This document shows, one piece after another, positions 10,291 to 19,748 of a stretch of DNA of 64,000 bases (position 1 is the first letter of the stretch; every line of letters starts with the position of its first letter). Source of the DNA: Candidatus Latescibacterota bacterium (GTDB lineage Bacteria; Latescibacterota; CBDEFO01); assembly GCA_965237525.1 (NCBI GenBank), contig CBDEFO010000008.1, forward strand, positions 1-64,000, in the 5' to 3' direction. The notes beneath the pieces were generated by a model. The model was given only the letters and a program-made list of their open reading frames with translations. It was not told the origin of the DNA and ran no database searches. The position numbers and the translations under genes are program-made.

Positions 10291-13005
10291 TCAGAACCCG
10301 TACTTCCGGCGCCGGCGCTCGAAGGCTTCCTTGCCGCCTTCAAGGATCTCCTCGACCAGCTCGCGCACGGGCTTGGCGTCGATCGAGCCCATGTGCTCGG
10401 GGGCGATGCGCGCGCGGCCGTGCTCGGCCTCGCCAGTGGCGGAAAGGCCGACGATCAGCTCGGCATCGCCGAGGACCGGGATGTTGGCGTTGTGGGTGGA
10501 GAAAAGGAACTGCCGGCGCTGCTTCTCCTCGCGCATGCGCGGGACGACGCCCTCGGTGATGAAGCGGTTGTCGAGATCGTCCTCCGGTTGATCGACGATG
10601 AGCGGCGCTTCGGACTCGAGCAGCAGCAGGAGCAGGACCGCGGTGGCCTTCTGGCCGGTGGAGAGGTCCTCGAGCGCCTGCCACGCCGGGGGATCCCCGG
10701 CGGGAGCCGTATTGAGTTGGATCGCGGTCGTCGGGGGCAGGTCGAGTTCCTCGACGTGCATCAGCACCTCGGGCTCAGCCTTGGCGAGGCGCTCGCCTTG
10801 GGCTGGCGTGATGCCGAACGTCCTGTTCAGCGCCTCCGCTCCGGAACGGCAGGCCTCGACGAACTGAGTGAGGGAGAGGTCGCGAACGCCCCGGAGACTT
10901 TCGATCGCTTCGGACAGTCGCCCGCCAACCTTATCCCGGAGGAGGTTGAACAGCGGCTCGCGGTCTCCGGCCGCGGTCACCTTCACCTGCACCCGGCCGC
11001 GGAGCTTCTTGTTGACTCCATTTGCCGCGCCATCCAGGCGTCGGAACTCCTGCGCCTTGAAGTCCTCCCACTCCGCCAGCAGGCTGCGGCGGCGGTCGGC
11101 GTGCTCCTTCTCGGTGCGCCGGGCCGAGGCCTGCCGCTCGCGCAGAGGCCGCAGCTCCTCGATCTGCCGCCGCAGGCGGATGAACTCCTCGCCGTCCACG
11201 CGCAACTTCTGCAGCTCGCGGAGGGTCTTCTCATAGACCTCTTGGACATCTTTCTTGCGCGTCTCCCACTCGGTGCGCACCAGGGCGACACCCTCGTCGG
11301 CGCGTGCCAGCGCCTGTTCCAGGTCCTTCGCGATTCGCTGGAGCTTGATGTCGAGCGTTTTGAAGACGCCGTTCAAGCGCTGAAGGATCTCCTTTCCGGG
11401 CAGATCCTCGATCGCCTTGGCGGAGAGGAACACGCGGTCCATCGGGACCTCGCGCTTCAGGGTCTCGAGACATTCGCGGAATGACGCGAGGCGCTCCGGG
11501 ATGGAGGCAAGCAGGCGCTCCTCGCGCACGAGCAGGCTCTGCTCCTTGAGCCGATCCTCGAGCCCGGCTTCACGAAAGTGATCCAGCGTCTCTTCGAGGC
11601 CCGGAAGCGCTGCCAGGCGCTCCTCGATCTGCGCCAACTCGGCGCGCGTGTCGAGCAGGCTCTTGCGGCTCTTCTCCAGCGTGCGGCGCAGGTCGGCCTT
11701 CTTGCGCGGAAGGTCGTCATCACGATCGACGAAGCGGTCGAGCAGGCGGGTCAGCTTCTCGCGGCTCCTGGTCAGCTCCGAGATCTCGTGCTGGCCGAAG
11801 ACCTCGACACGCGGCAGCACGTCCTGGGGCGAGAGATTGGACACCTCGCCATGATCGTCCCGGACCAGCGGCGGGTTCGGGATCGTTCGCTCGATGCGGT
11901 ACTCGCGAACCGCTGGGCGATGGGCGCGGACCAGGACTGAGATCTTGGTCCCGTTCTTTAGGACGTGGCGGATGATGCCCTCGTGGGCCCTGCGCGCCTC
12001 GTCGCCGATGGCCTCGAGGCCCAGCACCGTGCGGATGCTCTCGATCACGGTCGACTTGCCGGTCCCGCGGCCTCCGACCAGGACGTTGAGGTTCGGATTG
12101 AAGTGGATAGCGGCGCCGTCGAGGAATCCCCCCTCCCAGGCGAGCGCGACGAGCTCGGCGTGCTCCTCTGGCTCCAGCTTGCCTTCCCTGGGATTGAGGC
12201 GGATGCGCGAGCCGGGGTCCAGAAAGGCCTGGCGCAGCCCTTCGGTCGTCACCTCTGACATCTTGATCCAGCAGGTGGCCGAGCCATCGTCGAGGTCTTC
12301 GGGCTTAGCGATGTCTTTCGCGTTGATGACCGCGATGGCGAGCCCATCCTCTGCGGCAGGGTCACGCCGGTAGTCGGGGTTCGTGTTCTTCACGATTTGC
12401 TTCGCGTCGTGGGGCAAGTCGGCAACGAGGCCGGGAATCTGGATCGCCAGCAGGTCCCCACTCCGCCACGCCTGGATGCGCGCCTGACCGGTGAGGACCT
12501 TGAGCAGCCCCTTATCGTTGGTCACGTGGGCAGCAATCGCGACACCGCCCTGCTCGCGTACCTTGGCGAGGATGTCCACAAAGGCCTTGTCAGCCAACTT
12601 GGCCGATGGATTCGTGTCGGTGATGCCGAACCCGCCGAGGTAGCGCGCGAGGAGGTCGTCCGCGGTATCGGGGGCATAGATGCACAGAACGTGAATACCT
12701 TCGCTCGACGACAACTCGAAGCCGGGAAAGATGTGGATGCCACGTCCTTTGGCGGCGGCGCGGAACGCGGAGACGCCGCCGCCGTGGTTGTGGTCGGTGA
12801 TGGCGAGCACGGTGACGCCGAGGTCCGACGCTTTCCCAACGATCGCCCCGGCGTGATCGACAGCGTTGCTGGACGGTGCGTTACCCCGGTACGTGGAATC
12901 GTAGTGGTGAGGGTTCACCTGAAGCGCGCAACGATGGAACACCGCGCCGCTCGGGAGTTCCCTTGCCTTGGTGATCACATCATCGGCAGCCATGGGGCAC
13001 CTCAT
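10291..13005 (-). CDS. PHP-domain + SMC/ABC-type ATPase (Ppl/TrlF-like defence protein)
   Basis: AITDHN, PGFEL, IHVL and AAHV PHP motifs; GGRGTGKST, long coiled coil, LSTGQK signature, IVDQPEDDLD, STHN. Confidence 0.85.
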   Translation of the reverse strand: MRCPMAADDVITKARELPSGAVFHRCALQVNPHHYDSTYRGNAPSSNAVDHAGAIVGKASDLGVTVLAITDHNHGGGVSAFRAAAKGRGIHIFPGFELSSSEGIHVLCIYAPDTADDLLARYLGGFGITDTNPSAKLADKAFVDILAKVREQGGVAIAAHVTNDKGLLKVLTGQARIQAWRSGDLLAIQIPGLVADLPHDAKQIVKNTNPDYRRDPAAEDGLAIAVINAKDIAKPEDLDDGSATCWIKMSEVTTEGLRQAFLDPGSRIRLNPREGKLEPEEHAELVALAWEGGFLDGAAIHFNPNLNVLVGGRGTGKSTVIESIRTVLGLEAIGDEARRAHEGIIRHVLKNGTKISVLVRAHRPAVREYRIERTIPNPPLVRDDHGEVSNLSPQDVLPRVEVFGQHEISELTRSREKLTRLLDRFVDRDDDLPRKKADLRRTLEKSRKSLLDTRAELAQIEERLAALPGLEETLDHFREAGLEDRLKEQSLLVREERLLASIPERLASFRECLETLKREVPMDRVFLSAKAIEDLPGKEILQRLNGVFKTLDIKLQRIAKDLEQALARADEGVALVRTEWETRKKDVQEVYEKTLRELQKLRVDGEEFIRLRRQIEELRPLRERQASARRTEKEHADRRRSLLAEWEDFKAQEFRRLDGAANGVNKKLRGRVQVKVTAAGDREPLFNLLRDKVGGRLSEAIESLRGVRDLSLTQFVEACRSGAEALNRTFGITPAQGERLAKAEPEVLMHVEELDLPPTTAIQLNTAPAGDPPAWQALEDLSTGQKATAVLLLLLLESEAPLIVDQPEDDLDNRFITEGVVPRMREEKQRRQFLFSTHNANIPVLGDAELIVGLSATGEAEHGRARIAPEHMGSIDAKPVRELVEEILEGGKEAFERRRRKYGF

Positions 13006-13152
13006 GTTGGTACAGGGCGCTCGCTCGAAGCCTGTCGAGCCAGGACCGGATCGATTGCTTCCGGACTGATTCCTTGTTCATGGCATCGAGCGGGTGAGCG
13101 ACTTCGACGAACTTGCAATGCGAGTTAGTAATGGATGTGTCGTTGAAAATTC

Positions 13153-13237
13153 GCAGCGCTGACCTTAGCCTTCGCTGCATAACCCCGCTGGCGATAATAT
13201 CGCCAGCCTGACGCCCCGAAAGGGGCGTTTCTTTGTT
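13153..13237 (+). terminator. Three consecutive hairpins, the last resembling a plus-strand intrinsic terminator
   Basis: GCAGCG..CGCTGC (13153-13178), GCTGGCGAT-AAT-ATCGCCAGC (13187-13207), ACGCCCC-GAAA-GGGGCGT followed by TTCTTTGTT (13211-13237). Confidence 0.55.
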
Positions 13238-13245
13238 CCTTCCTC

Positions 13246-16200
13246 TCATGACGGCTTCCCCGCTCGCGCAAGTAACTCCGCGAAGTCGTAGTTCACACTG
13301 GCCACACCGAAATCCGGTTCACGCTGGAAAGGCTGACGAACGTAGTGGACTCGGTGGTCTGTTCCGTCAACGAACTCCACGATCCCGAGGATGTAGTCCT
13401 CGGGCTTGTTCAGTGAGTACAGAATCTCATTGCGCGTGATGGTGATCGTTGACGCGCCGCTGGTCCGGCCCTTGACCTCGATGAATCGGAGCTTGCCCGT
13501 ATCCGGCACGCGGCTTTCGATGTCGTACCCCCGTTTCTCGAACTCCCGGTCAGTCGGGTCAAATCCCAGATTCCGCTCGACTTCCATGATGATGTTGCGC
13601 GCCCGGGCGGCCGATTCCTGCGTATCAACGGCCGTTCTTGTGCCCGCCGATTCACGCCCACTCATTTCATCGATGAGCCCCTTGGGCACGACCAGCAATC
13701 CTCCCAGCACCACCGGTGGCAGAGGCGAGATTTGCGCCTCGAGCTTGAGTTCCTCAAGCCGTTTCTGGAGACGTGTTTGCAGCGTGTCCGCGCGCTTGCG
13801 GGCCTCACCTGAATTGAGCCTCGCTCCGGTCTTGCCCGCCTGCTCCTGCAGTTTGAGTTGCTCGGCTCGATGATCCCAGTAGGAGATCTCCTTTGTGAGA
13901 CGGTCCCTTACGGCTCCTTCGGTCTTGCTGATCAACGCCAACTTCGCCTCGCGCACCTCCGTCAAATGCTCCGGGACCACGTTCGCAACAGCGTAGCCCT
14001 GCGCTTTCTTTTCCACATCCCGGTCGATCCATGCGCACTGCGGCCGCTCGAGGATTTGTTCCAGACCGGGATCGTCGTCAGCGAGCGGGCGATAGTCGAG
14101 ATAGGGCGCATAGTGCACATGGCGGGTTACGCCATCCGCATCAAGTTCCACGTACAGCATGCGCTTGGAGATGATCCGACGATCCCCCGAGCGCGTCAGG
14201 CTCGCATCTTGGATCGCGTGCTCAAGATAGAAAAGCACGCGCGGCTTGTTGCCCTCGTCACGCTCGTCGACCAACACAGCGCCCCGTTTCAAGAGATCCC
14301 GGTGTCGTTCCAGCGTCAGGTCGATGACCGCATCCAGCAATGGGTGCCCGGGACACACAAACGCCGCCAGCGGTTGCCCATGGGGCGCCACCAAAGATTT
14401 CTCAAAGGCAACGCGCTCGTACCGGGGAAGGACCGGTTGTCCAATACCAATCAATCGATCTCGATTCCGAACGGGTGCGGGAACGTGGGTGATCTCGTAG
14501 CGCCGATCCTCACGCTGCTTGGCTGAACCGCCCAGGCGTTGAAACGCCGCCTGAAAGAACGACTCGATGTAGTGAGGTTGTAGACGGCGGGCTTCGGCCC
14601 GCTCCATTTCCTCACGTACTCGGTACACTCTGCTCGCGTCCATGGCGTCGTGCGCGAGGGCGCGCTCTTCCAGCAGGTCCTGGAGCCTGACGCGGTCCAG
14701 GGCATGATCGACCGCCGTCGTGAGGCGCGCTCGAACCTCCGGTTGTTCCCCGTAGCGGATTGCCTCGATCAGGAGCTTGCGAAGGGGCCGCCCCTCGAAG
14801 TGGAGCTTGCCGAGCACATCGAACACCTGCCCGCCGAGGGTTTCCCGCGCCTGCTCCAGCTTGTCGAGGAGCTTGCGATAGACGTCGCCCTCTCTTGTTT
14901 CATCCGCGACGAGGTTCCAGAGGTGACACACTTCCGTCTGGCCGATGCGGTGAATCCGACCGAACCGCTGCTCCAATCGGTTGGGGTTCCATGGCAGATC
15001 GTAATTCACCATCAGGTGGGCGCGTTGGAGGTTGATGCCTTCGCCGGCCGCATCCGTGGCGAGCAGCACCTGCACGTGCGGGTCGTGGCGGAAGGCTTCC
15101 TGGGCCTTGAGTCGGTCCTCGCGGCCCATGCCGCCATGAATCAGAACAACCGACTCCTCACGTCCCAGCAAGGTCGTGATGCGCCCGTGCAGGTAACGCA
15201 GCGTATCCCGGTGCTCGGTGAAAATGACCAGTTTTTGCTTCGGAGACGAGGTCGGTCGGGGAATATCGCCGGCGCCGTAGGGAACGTCCGCGTCCCGGAC
15301 CTCTTCCACGATTTGCCCGGAAGTCCCTCCCGCCGTGAAGATTCCACCGAGCAGGCTTGCCAGCTCTCGCCATTTGGTGTCCGTGCCGCTCCGCCGCACT
15401 TCAAGCGCAAGACCTTCCAGATTCTTGAGCGTCTCAATCTCAGCCTTCAGCTCGGCGATGGATCGCGCCGCCGTCGCCCGGTCGAGAATTTCCTCCTCGG
15501 CCGCCTCGTCCAGGTCCTCGACATCTTCAGGGTCAAGATCCGGTCCCGCGGCGGGAAATGCGATGGCGGCCTGGCCACCACGCTGCAGCACCTCGAGCTC
15601 ACGCAACCGGCTCTCCAGCCGCTCACGGCGGCGGCGCAACGACTGATAGATGGCCTCAGGAGAAGAGGCGAGTCGGCGCTGCAGAATCGTCAGGGCGAAG
15701 CCGACGGTGCCCGCTCGCTGGTCGTTCTCGAGTGCCTCCGCACGGTTGAATTCCTCGCGCACGTAATCGGTGACGACCTTGTAAAGGTGGGCTTCCGCTT
15801 CTGAGAGCTTGTAGGGGACCGTGTGCGCAATGCGCTCCGGGAACAGCGGCGTGCCGTCGAACTTGAGCAGATTCTCTTTCACCATGCGGCGCATCAGGTC
15901 AGAGACATCGGCGACATGAACGCCATCGCGAAAGCGCCCCTCGAATCGATCCCCGTCGATGAGCGCCATGAAGAGCTGAAAGTCTTCCTCTTTCCCGTTG
16001 TGCGGAGTGGCCGTCATCAGCAGGAAATGGCGGGTGAGACTCGACAGCAGTTGCCCCAGCCGGTAGCGTTTCGTGTACTTGACCTCACCACCAAAGAACG
16101 TCGCCGACATCTTGTGGGCCTCGTCGCACACGACGAGATCCCAGCGGCAATCCGGAGCTTGCAGCTTCTGCTGAACGTCCTTGTTGCGGGAGAGCTTGTC

Positions 16201-16839
16201 CAGCCGGGCAATGACGAGACTGGCTTCCAGGAACCAGTTGCCTGTGCGGGCTGCTTCGAGCTTGTCGTTCGTCAGGATGTCGAAGGGCAACTGGAACCGA
16301 CGGTAGAGCTCATCCTGCCATTGCTCCGCGAGACTACCGGGACAGACGACCAGACACCGCTGCAGATCACCGCGAGCGATCAACTCCTTGATGAGCAACC
16401 CAGCCATGATGGTCTTGCCGGCGCCCGGGTCATCGGCGAGAAGAAACCGAAGGGGCTGACGGGGCAGCATGGATTCGTAGACCGCGGTGATCTGATGGGG
16501 CAACGGCTCGACGTCCGAGGTGTGTACGGCGAGCACCCGGTCAAAGAGATGCGCAAGACGGATCCGCTGCGCCTCGGAGACCAGGCGGAACAAATCGCCG
16601 TCTCCGTCGAAGCTCCATGGCCGGCCTACTTCGACGATCTCGAGCCGCGCTTCGTCGTCACGGTACAGAAGCTCATCGGCGACCTCTCCGGTCGGTGTCT
16701 TGTACGTCAACTCAAGCGCTTCGGAGCCGAACCACTGCACGCTGACAACCGTGACGAGGCCGTCGGACAGGATGCCGCGCACCGCAGTTTTAGTCTGGAG
16801 ATCTTCCAGCTTCATGCTCTTGTTCTGTTCCCTGTTCAT
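13246..16839 (-). CDS. SNF2-family helicase with C-terminal DUF3883 (PD-(D/E)xK-like) nuclease
   Basis: LLADDPGAGKT, CDEAH, TATPH, TDAAGEGINLQ, QRFGRIHRIGQ; C-terminal GYDIES...FIEVKG. The true start may be MKLEDL at 16815. Confidence 0.92.
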   Translation of the reverse strand: MNREQNKSMKLEDLQTKTAVRGILSDGLVTVVSVQWFGSEALELTYKTPTGEVADELLYRDDEARLEIVEVGRPWSFDGDGDLFRLVSEAQRIRLAHLFDRVLAVHTSDVEPLPHQITAVYESMLPRQPLRFLLADDPGAGKTIMAGLLIKELIARGDLQRCLVVCPGSLAEQWQDELYRRFQLPFDILTNDKLEAARTGNWFLEASLVIARLDKLSRNKDVQQKLQAPDCRWDLVVCDEAHKMSATFFGGEVKYTKRYRLGQLLSSLTRHFLLMTATPHNGKEEDFQLFMALIDGDRFEGRFRDGVHVADVSDLMRRMVKENLLKFDGTPLFPERIAHTVPYKLSEAEAHLYKVVTDYVREEFNRAEALENDQRAGTVGFALTILQRRLASSPEAIYQSLRRRRERLESRLRELEVLQRGGQAAIAFPAAGPDLDPEDVEDLDEAAEEEILDRATAARSIAELKAEIETLKNLEGLALEVRRSGTDTKWRELASLLGGIFTAGGTSGQIVEEVRDADVPYGAGDIPRPTSSPKQKLVIFTEHRDTLRYLHGRITTLLGREESVVLIHGGMGREDRLKAQEAFRHDPHVQVLLATDAAGEGINLQRAHLMVNYDLPWNPNRLEQRFGRIHRIGQTEVCHLWNLVADETREGDVYRKLLDKLEQARETLGGQVFDVLGKLHFEGRPLRKLLIEAIRYGEQPEVRARLTTAVDHALDRVRLQDLLEERALAHDAMDASRVYRVREEMERAEARRLQPHYIESFFQAAFQRLGGSAKQREDRRYEITHVPAPVRNRDRLIGIGQPVLPRYERVAFEKSLVAPHGQPLAAFVCPGHPLLDAVIDLTLERHRDLLKRGAVLVDERDEGNKPRVLFYLEHAIQDASLTRSGDRRIISKRMLYVELDADGVTRHVHYAPYLDYRPLADDDPGLEQILERPQCAWIDRDVEKKAQGYAVANVVPEHLTEVREAKLALISKTEGAVRDRLTKEISYWDHRAEQLKLQEQAGKTGARLNSGEARKRADTLQTRLQKRLEELKLEAQISPLPPVVLGGLLVVPKGLIDEMSGRESAGTRTAVDTQESAARARNIIMEVERNLGFDPTDREFEKRGYDIESRVPDTGKLRFIEVKGRTSGASTITITRNEILYSLNKPEDYILGIVEFVDGTDHRVHYVRQPFQREPDFGVASVNYDFAELLARAGKPS

Positions 16840-17033
16840 ATTCGTGAACCCGGTGTGCCCCTCGGAGGGGTCAACTCCGTAGCTGCAGGGGTGTGATCTT
16901 GACTTGTCACCATCTCAACAGCCGTGTTGCTTCAGTCAGGCTTTTTGGAATGGGGTGGTATTTTACAGGCATGTCGCCCCGTTGCCGCATAAGATCATGG
17001 GCATTGTGCCGGCTCTCTTCCGACACATCTCTA

Positions 17034-17378
17034 TCAGGTGGGGATGCCGTCATCTCGGTCGTCCGCCATCACCAGGCTCCCTGCGGCTGCTGGTTGTGGC
17101 TCGTAGCGCTCGACGTTGATCTCATCCTCGCGTGCTTGCGCCTGGGCTACGTCGTAGGCCGCTTGCAACCGGATCCAGGTCTCCGTCGTAGAACCGAAGG
17201 CCTTCGCAAGGCGGACTGCCATGTCGGCTGAAATACGGGTGTGGCAATTCACCAGGCTCGAGAGTGCCTGGCGACTGACGCCCAGGACTTTCGCCCCTTC
17301 GGTGACGTTGAGACCGAGCGGCTCCAGACAGGACACACGCACCACCTTGCCGGGGTGTGGCGGGTTCTTCATAGGCAT
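17034..17378 (-). CDS. higA: HigA-family antitoxin (XRE HTH)
   Basis: MKNPPHPG...LGVSRQALS.LVN...ISADMAVRLAKAFG...WIRLQAAYD. Confidence 0.9.
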   Translation of the reverse strand: MPMKNPPHPGKVVRVSCLEPLGLNVTEGAKVLGVSRQALSSLVNCHTRISADMAVRLAKAFGSTTETWIRLQAAYDVAQAQAREDEINVERYEPQPAAAGSLVMADDRDDGIPT

Positions 17379-17394
17379 AGCGTTCCCCCTTCAT

Positions 17395-17520
17395 TTAGTG
17401 GTAGTCGATCAGTTCGACGTCATAGACGTCCTCGCCTGCGAAGCGGGAAATGATGCGCCAGTTGGCTTTCACGGTCACTGCCCAATAACCTTTCAGCTTG
17501 CCTTTGAGGGGATGCCCCAG
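17395..17520 (-). pseudogene. higB: 3' half of a HigB/RelE toxin
   Basis: Manual translation: HPLKGKLKGYWAVTVKANWRIISRFAGEDVYDVELIDYH*. No 5' half is present. Confidence 0.85.
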
Positions 17521-17762
17521 TCATCGAGAGCCGCCGCTAACGCGGTGGAGCCAAGGATATCGGCGAGGTCCGCTCCCTTGTTACGAGCGATCACTTGGTC
17601 AAGGGTGGCTTGCCCATGCAGGATGTCCGCGATGTCCTCCTGGAACATGGCAACGTCCCAAGGCTGTACCAGATAAACCATTCGCCTCTTCGAGTTGACC
17701 TGCGACTTCTCGATTACACAATCCATTTCATGAAGGCGTTGCCGGATTTCTCCAATGTCCAT
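17493..17762 (-). CDS. Hypothetical protein (89 aa) abutting the higB remnant
   Basis: ATG-started ORF with plausible composition; no recognised motif. Confidence 0.4.
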   Translation of the reverse strand: MDIGEIRQRLHEMDCVIEKSQVNSKRRMVYLVQPWDVAMFQEDIADILHGQATLDQVIARNKGADLADILGSTALAAALDDWGIPSKAS

Positions 17763-17799
17763 CTACAAATACTACCGCAGGACAAGCCCGTGACCACAG

Positions 17800-18075
17800 T
17801 GAAAGTGAGAGAAAGTCAGGGTGACCAGACCGTTGTTGTTCAGGATCTTCATGGATCGTGATCGACGATATCCTTCGGCCCTCCAGGGCCAACATCGCCG
17901 CCAGCCAATTGCAGCCATAGGCTAGATTTTCCAGCACCAACTGCTGGATCTGCAACACCGTCTCGGGCGGGGTTGTCTGGGGATGGCTCTGGTGGGTTAG
18001 CGGCGGGTCCTTCAGACCCTCAAATCCATGGGTCTGAAAGCGCCGCTTCCACTCACAACAGCTGCTCCGATCCAA
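17800..18075 (-). pseudogene. IS481-like transposase N-terminal HTH remnant
   Basis: WKRRFQTHGFEGLKD.P....SHPQTTPPETV..I..L.LE...YGC..LAAMLALEGRRISSITI. Confidence 0.7.
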
Positions 18076-18155
18076 TCCTCACTAACGACATGCCTCGGCA
18101 ACGTTCCCAACTCGTGTACCAATTTGAGAACGGTCACCTATTGAAGGCTTTCACC

Positions 18156-18353
18156 TCAGGATTTCTTCTGGCCTTCCTCCCAGAGGCGCGCGGCTTCTTC
18201 CGTGGTTATGCGGCCGACTTGTTCGATGTGACCTGCGGGCCATTTCTGCTGATGTTCCTGTTCGCGACGATCGAGGTCGTTCGTGATCCCGCTATGAACG
18301 ATCCTGTTTCCGACCTTGAAATGATACTTTTTCGTGTCTCGCTTGGCTCCCAT
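18156..18353 (-). CDS. Minimal GIY-YIG-like protein (65 aa)
   Basis: KYHFK...VHSGITNDLDRREQEH...ARLWE fits Y..(Y)IG.T.DL.RR..EH...E. Starts 3 nt after the E1 stop. Confidence 0.7.
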   Translation of the reverse strand: MGAKRDTKKYHFKVGNRIVHSGITNDLDRREQEHQQKWPAGHIEQVGRITTEEAARLWEEGQKKS

Positions 18354-18356
18354 CTG

Positions 18357-19748
18357 TTACTCCTTTGGTTGTAGTGGTTGTAGGTATTCCGGTATCTGAG
18401 AAATAATATACCGTTCGATATCGGCTTCATCTCCTTTGTCAGCCACAACACACTGAATGCAGCCCTCTCTCTTGAGGACGCGTGTTGGCACGGTCCACTG
18501 CGCCGACATGCGACCGGTTCCCAGGGCATCCAGATCCGTCCGGTAATTCACGGGCCGGAGAGCTGACACATAGACAGCAAATTCCGTAACAGCGGCGTTA
18601 ACTGCCGTACCGTTGAGTGAGACCACCGAGGGAGTCGGTACATCTATCCCTTCGATGTATCCGCGACCTCGGCGAAATTCCTGTTCCTCGGGAGGTGCAA
18701 GAAAATAGCTTGCTTCATCACGGTCGATCAGGCCGATGCAGTTGAGGCACGGCCCGCCAGGAATCACAGCGGCTACTTGACTTCCGGCCTCCGAGACGGT
18801 GCCGTCCGACGCATTGATCCCGACTCCGATGTCGAAGTATGGAATCCGGTAGGCCAGCGCCAACTCATTCAGGATAAGGCGTGCTCCGTCGTTGTCGACG
18901 CACCCGAATATCACATCGACACCCTTCAGTTTGTCGAGTGCCTGTCGGCAGCGTAGATTCTCTTGAAGTGCATCGACATGCGAGGTTGGCGCGACGCTTT
19001 TGACAAGACGGCGTGCCAGGATAACCTTCGGGGTCCCAATGTCCGCTGCAGTGGCTGTCACGAGGCGATTCATATTGGTGCTGTCCGCGAGGTCGAAGTC
19101 GATCACCAGGAAGTTCCGCACACCCATGAATACAAGCGCCTGAACCGCCTGCGAGCCTGTTCCGCCAGCGCCGACTACAGCGACTCTTGTGCGTCCAAGC
19201 TGACGCTGACCAGCTTCGGTAAACCAAACAACTTGGCGGGAGAAAGACGGATCGATCGGATCCTCGTTATGGGACACAACCTGAGCAAGGCGATCACCTG
19301 CGGCGGTAATACTATCGATGGTTCCGGTTCTCCCAGCTTCGAAGAAAAATTCTCCGTAGACGGTGTCGTCGCCCCAGACAGTCACCCCGTAGGGTCGCCC
19401 AGGCAGCGAGTCCAGAACGTACGGTACAAAGTCCTGAAATCCTTTCCGATCGGTCCCGGAGAATCGGGGCATGCGCCCGCTATGATTGTGGGCCTCGATC
19501 AAGGTTGACCTTAACCGCACGGCCTTGTTCACAATGTTGATCAATGCGCTGGTCTCGACTTCCCATCCGCTAGGGGTGACTCTTACGTCTCTGTTTGCAA
19601 TCAGGGAGATGTCGGTCACTATGAAGACAGGCTGTCCGGATGAAAGCGCCCACCTAGCGTGCAGGAACGCGAAGTGTTCCCCTGGGGTCGAGTAAAGGTG
19701 GCCCAGGATAGCTCTCCACTGGACTTGGTTAAGGCGGATCGTGGCCAC
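18357..19748 (-). CDS. JAB/JAMM peptidase + ThiF/E1 adenylyltransferase fusion
   Basis: JAMM motif HNH-x7-SGTD; FSRQ arginine finger, VVGAGGTGS, DSTNMNRL, GCVDN, and two CxxC motifs (PCLNC, GCIQC). Confidence 0.9.
   Translation of the reverse strand: MATIRLNQVQWRAILGHLYSTPGEHFAFLHARWALSSGQPVFIVTDISLIANRDVRVTPSGWEVETSALINIVNKAVRLRSTLIEAHNHSGRMPRFSGTDRKGFQDFVPYVLDSLPGRPYGVTVWGDDTVYGEFFFEAGRTGTIDSITAAGDRLAQVVSHNEDPIDPSFSRQVVWFTEAGQRQLGRTRVAVVGAGGTGSQAVQALVFMGVRNFLVIDFDLADSTNMNRLVTATAADIGTPKVILARRLVKSVAPTSHVDALQENLRCRQALDKLKGVDVIFGCVDNDGARLILNELALAYRIPYFDIGVGINASDGTVSEAGSQVAAVIPGGPCLNCIGLIDRDEASYFLAPPEEQEFRRGRGYIEGIDVPTPSVVSLNGTAVNAAVTEFAVYVSALRPVNYRTDLDALGTGRMSAQWTVPTRVLKREGCIQCVVADKGDEADIERYIISQIPEYLQPLQPKE

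Noticed and set aside
7392..16896. Long plus-strand ORFs (7392..8648, 10393..11484, 14650..15804, 15823..16896)
   Set aside because: Antisense shadows of GC-rich minus-strand genes that have clear motifs.
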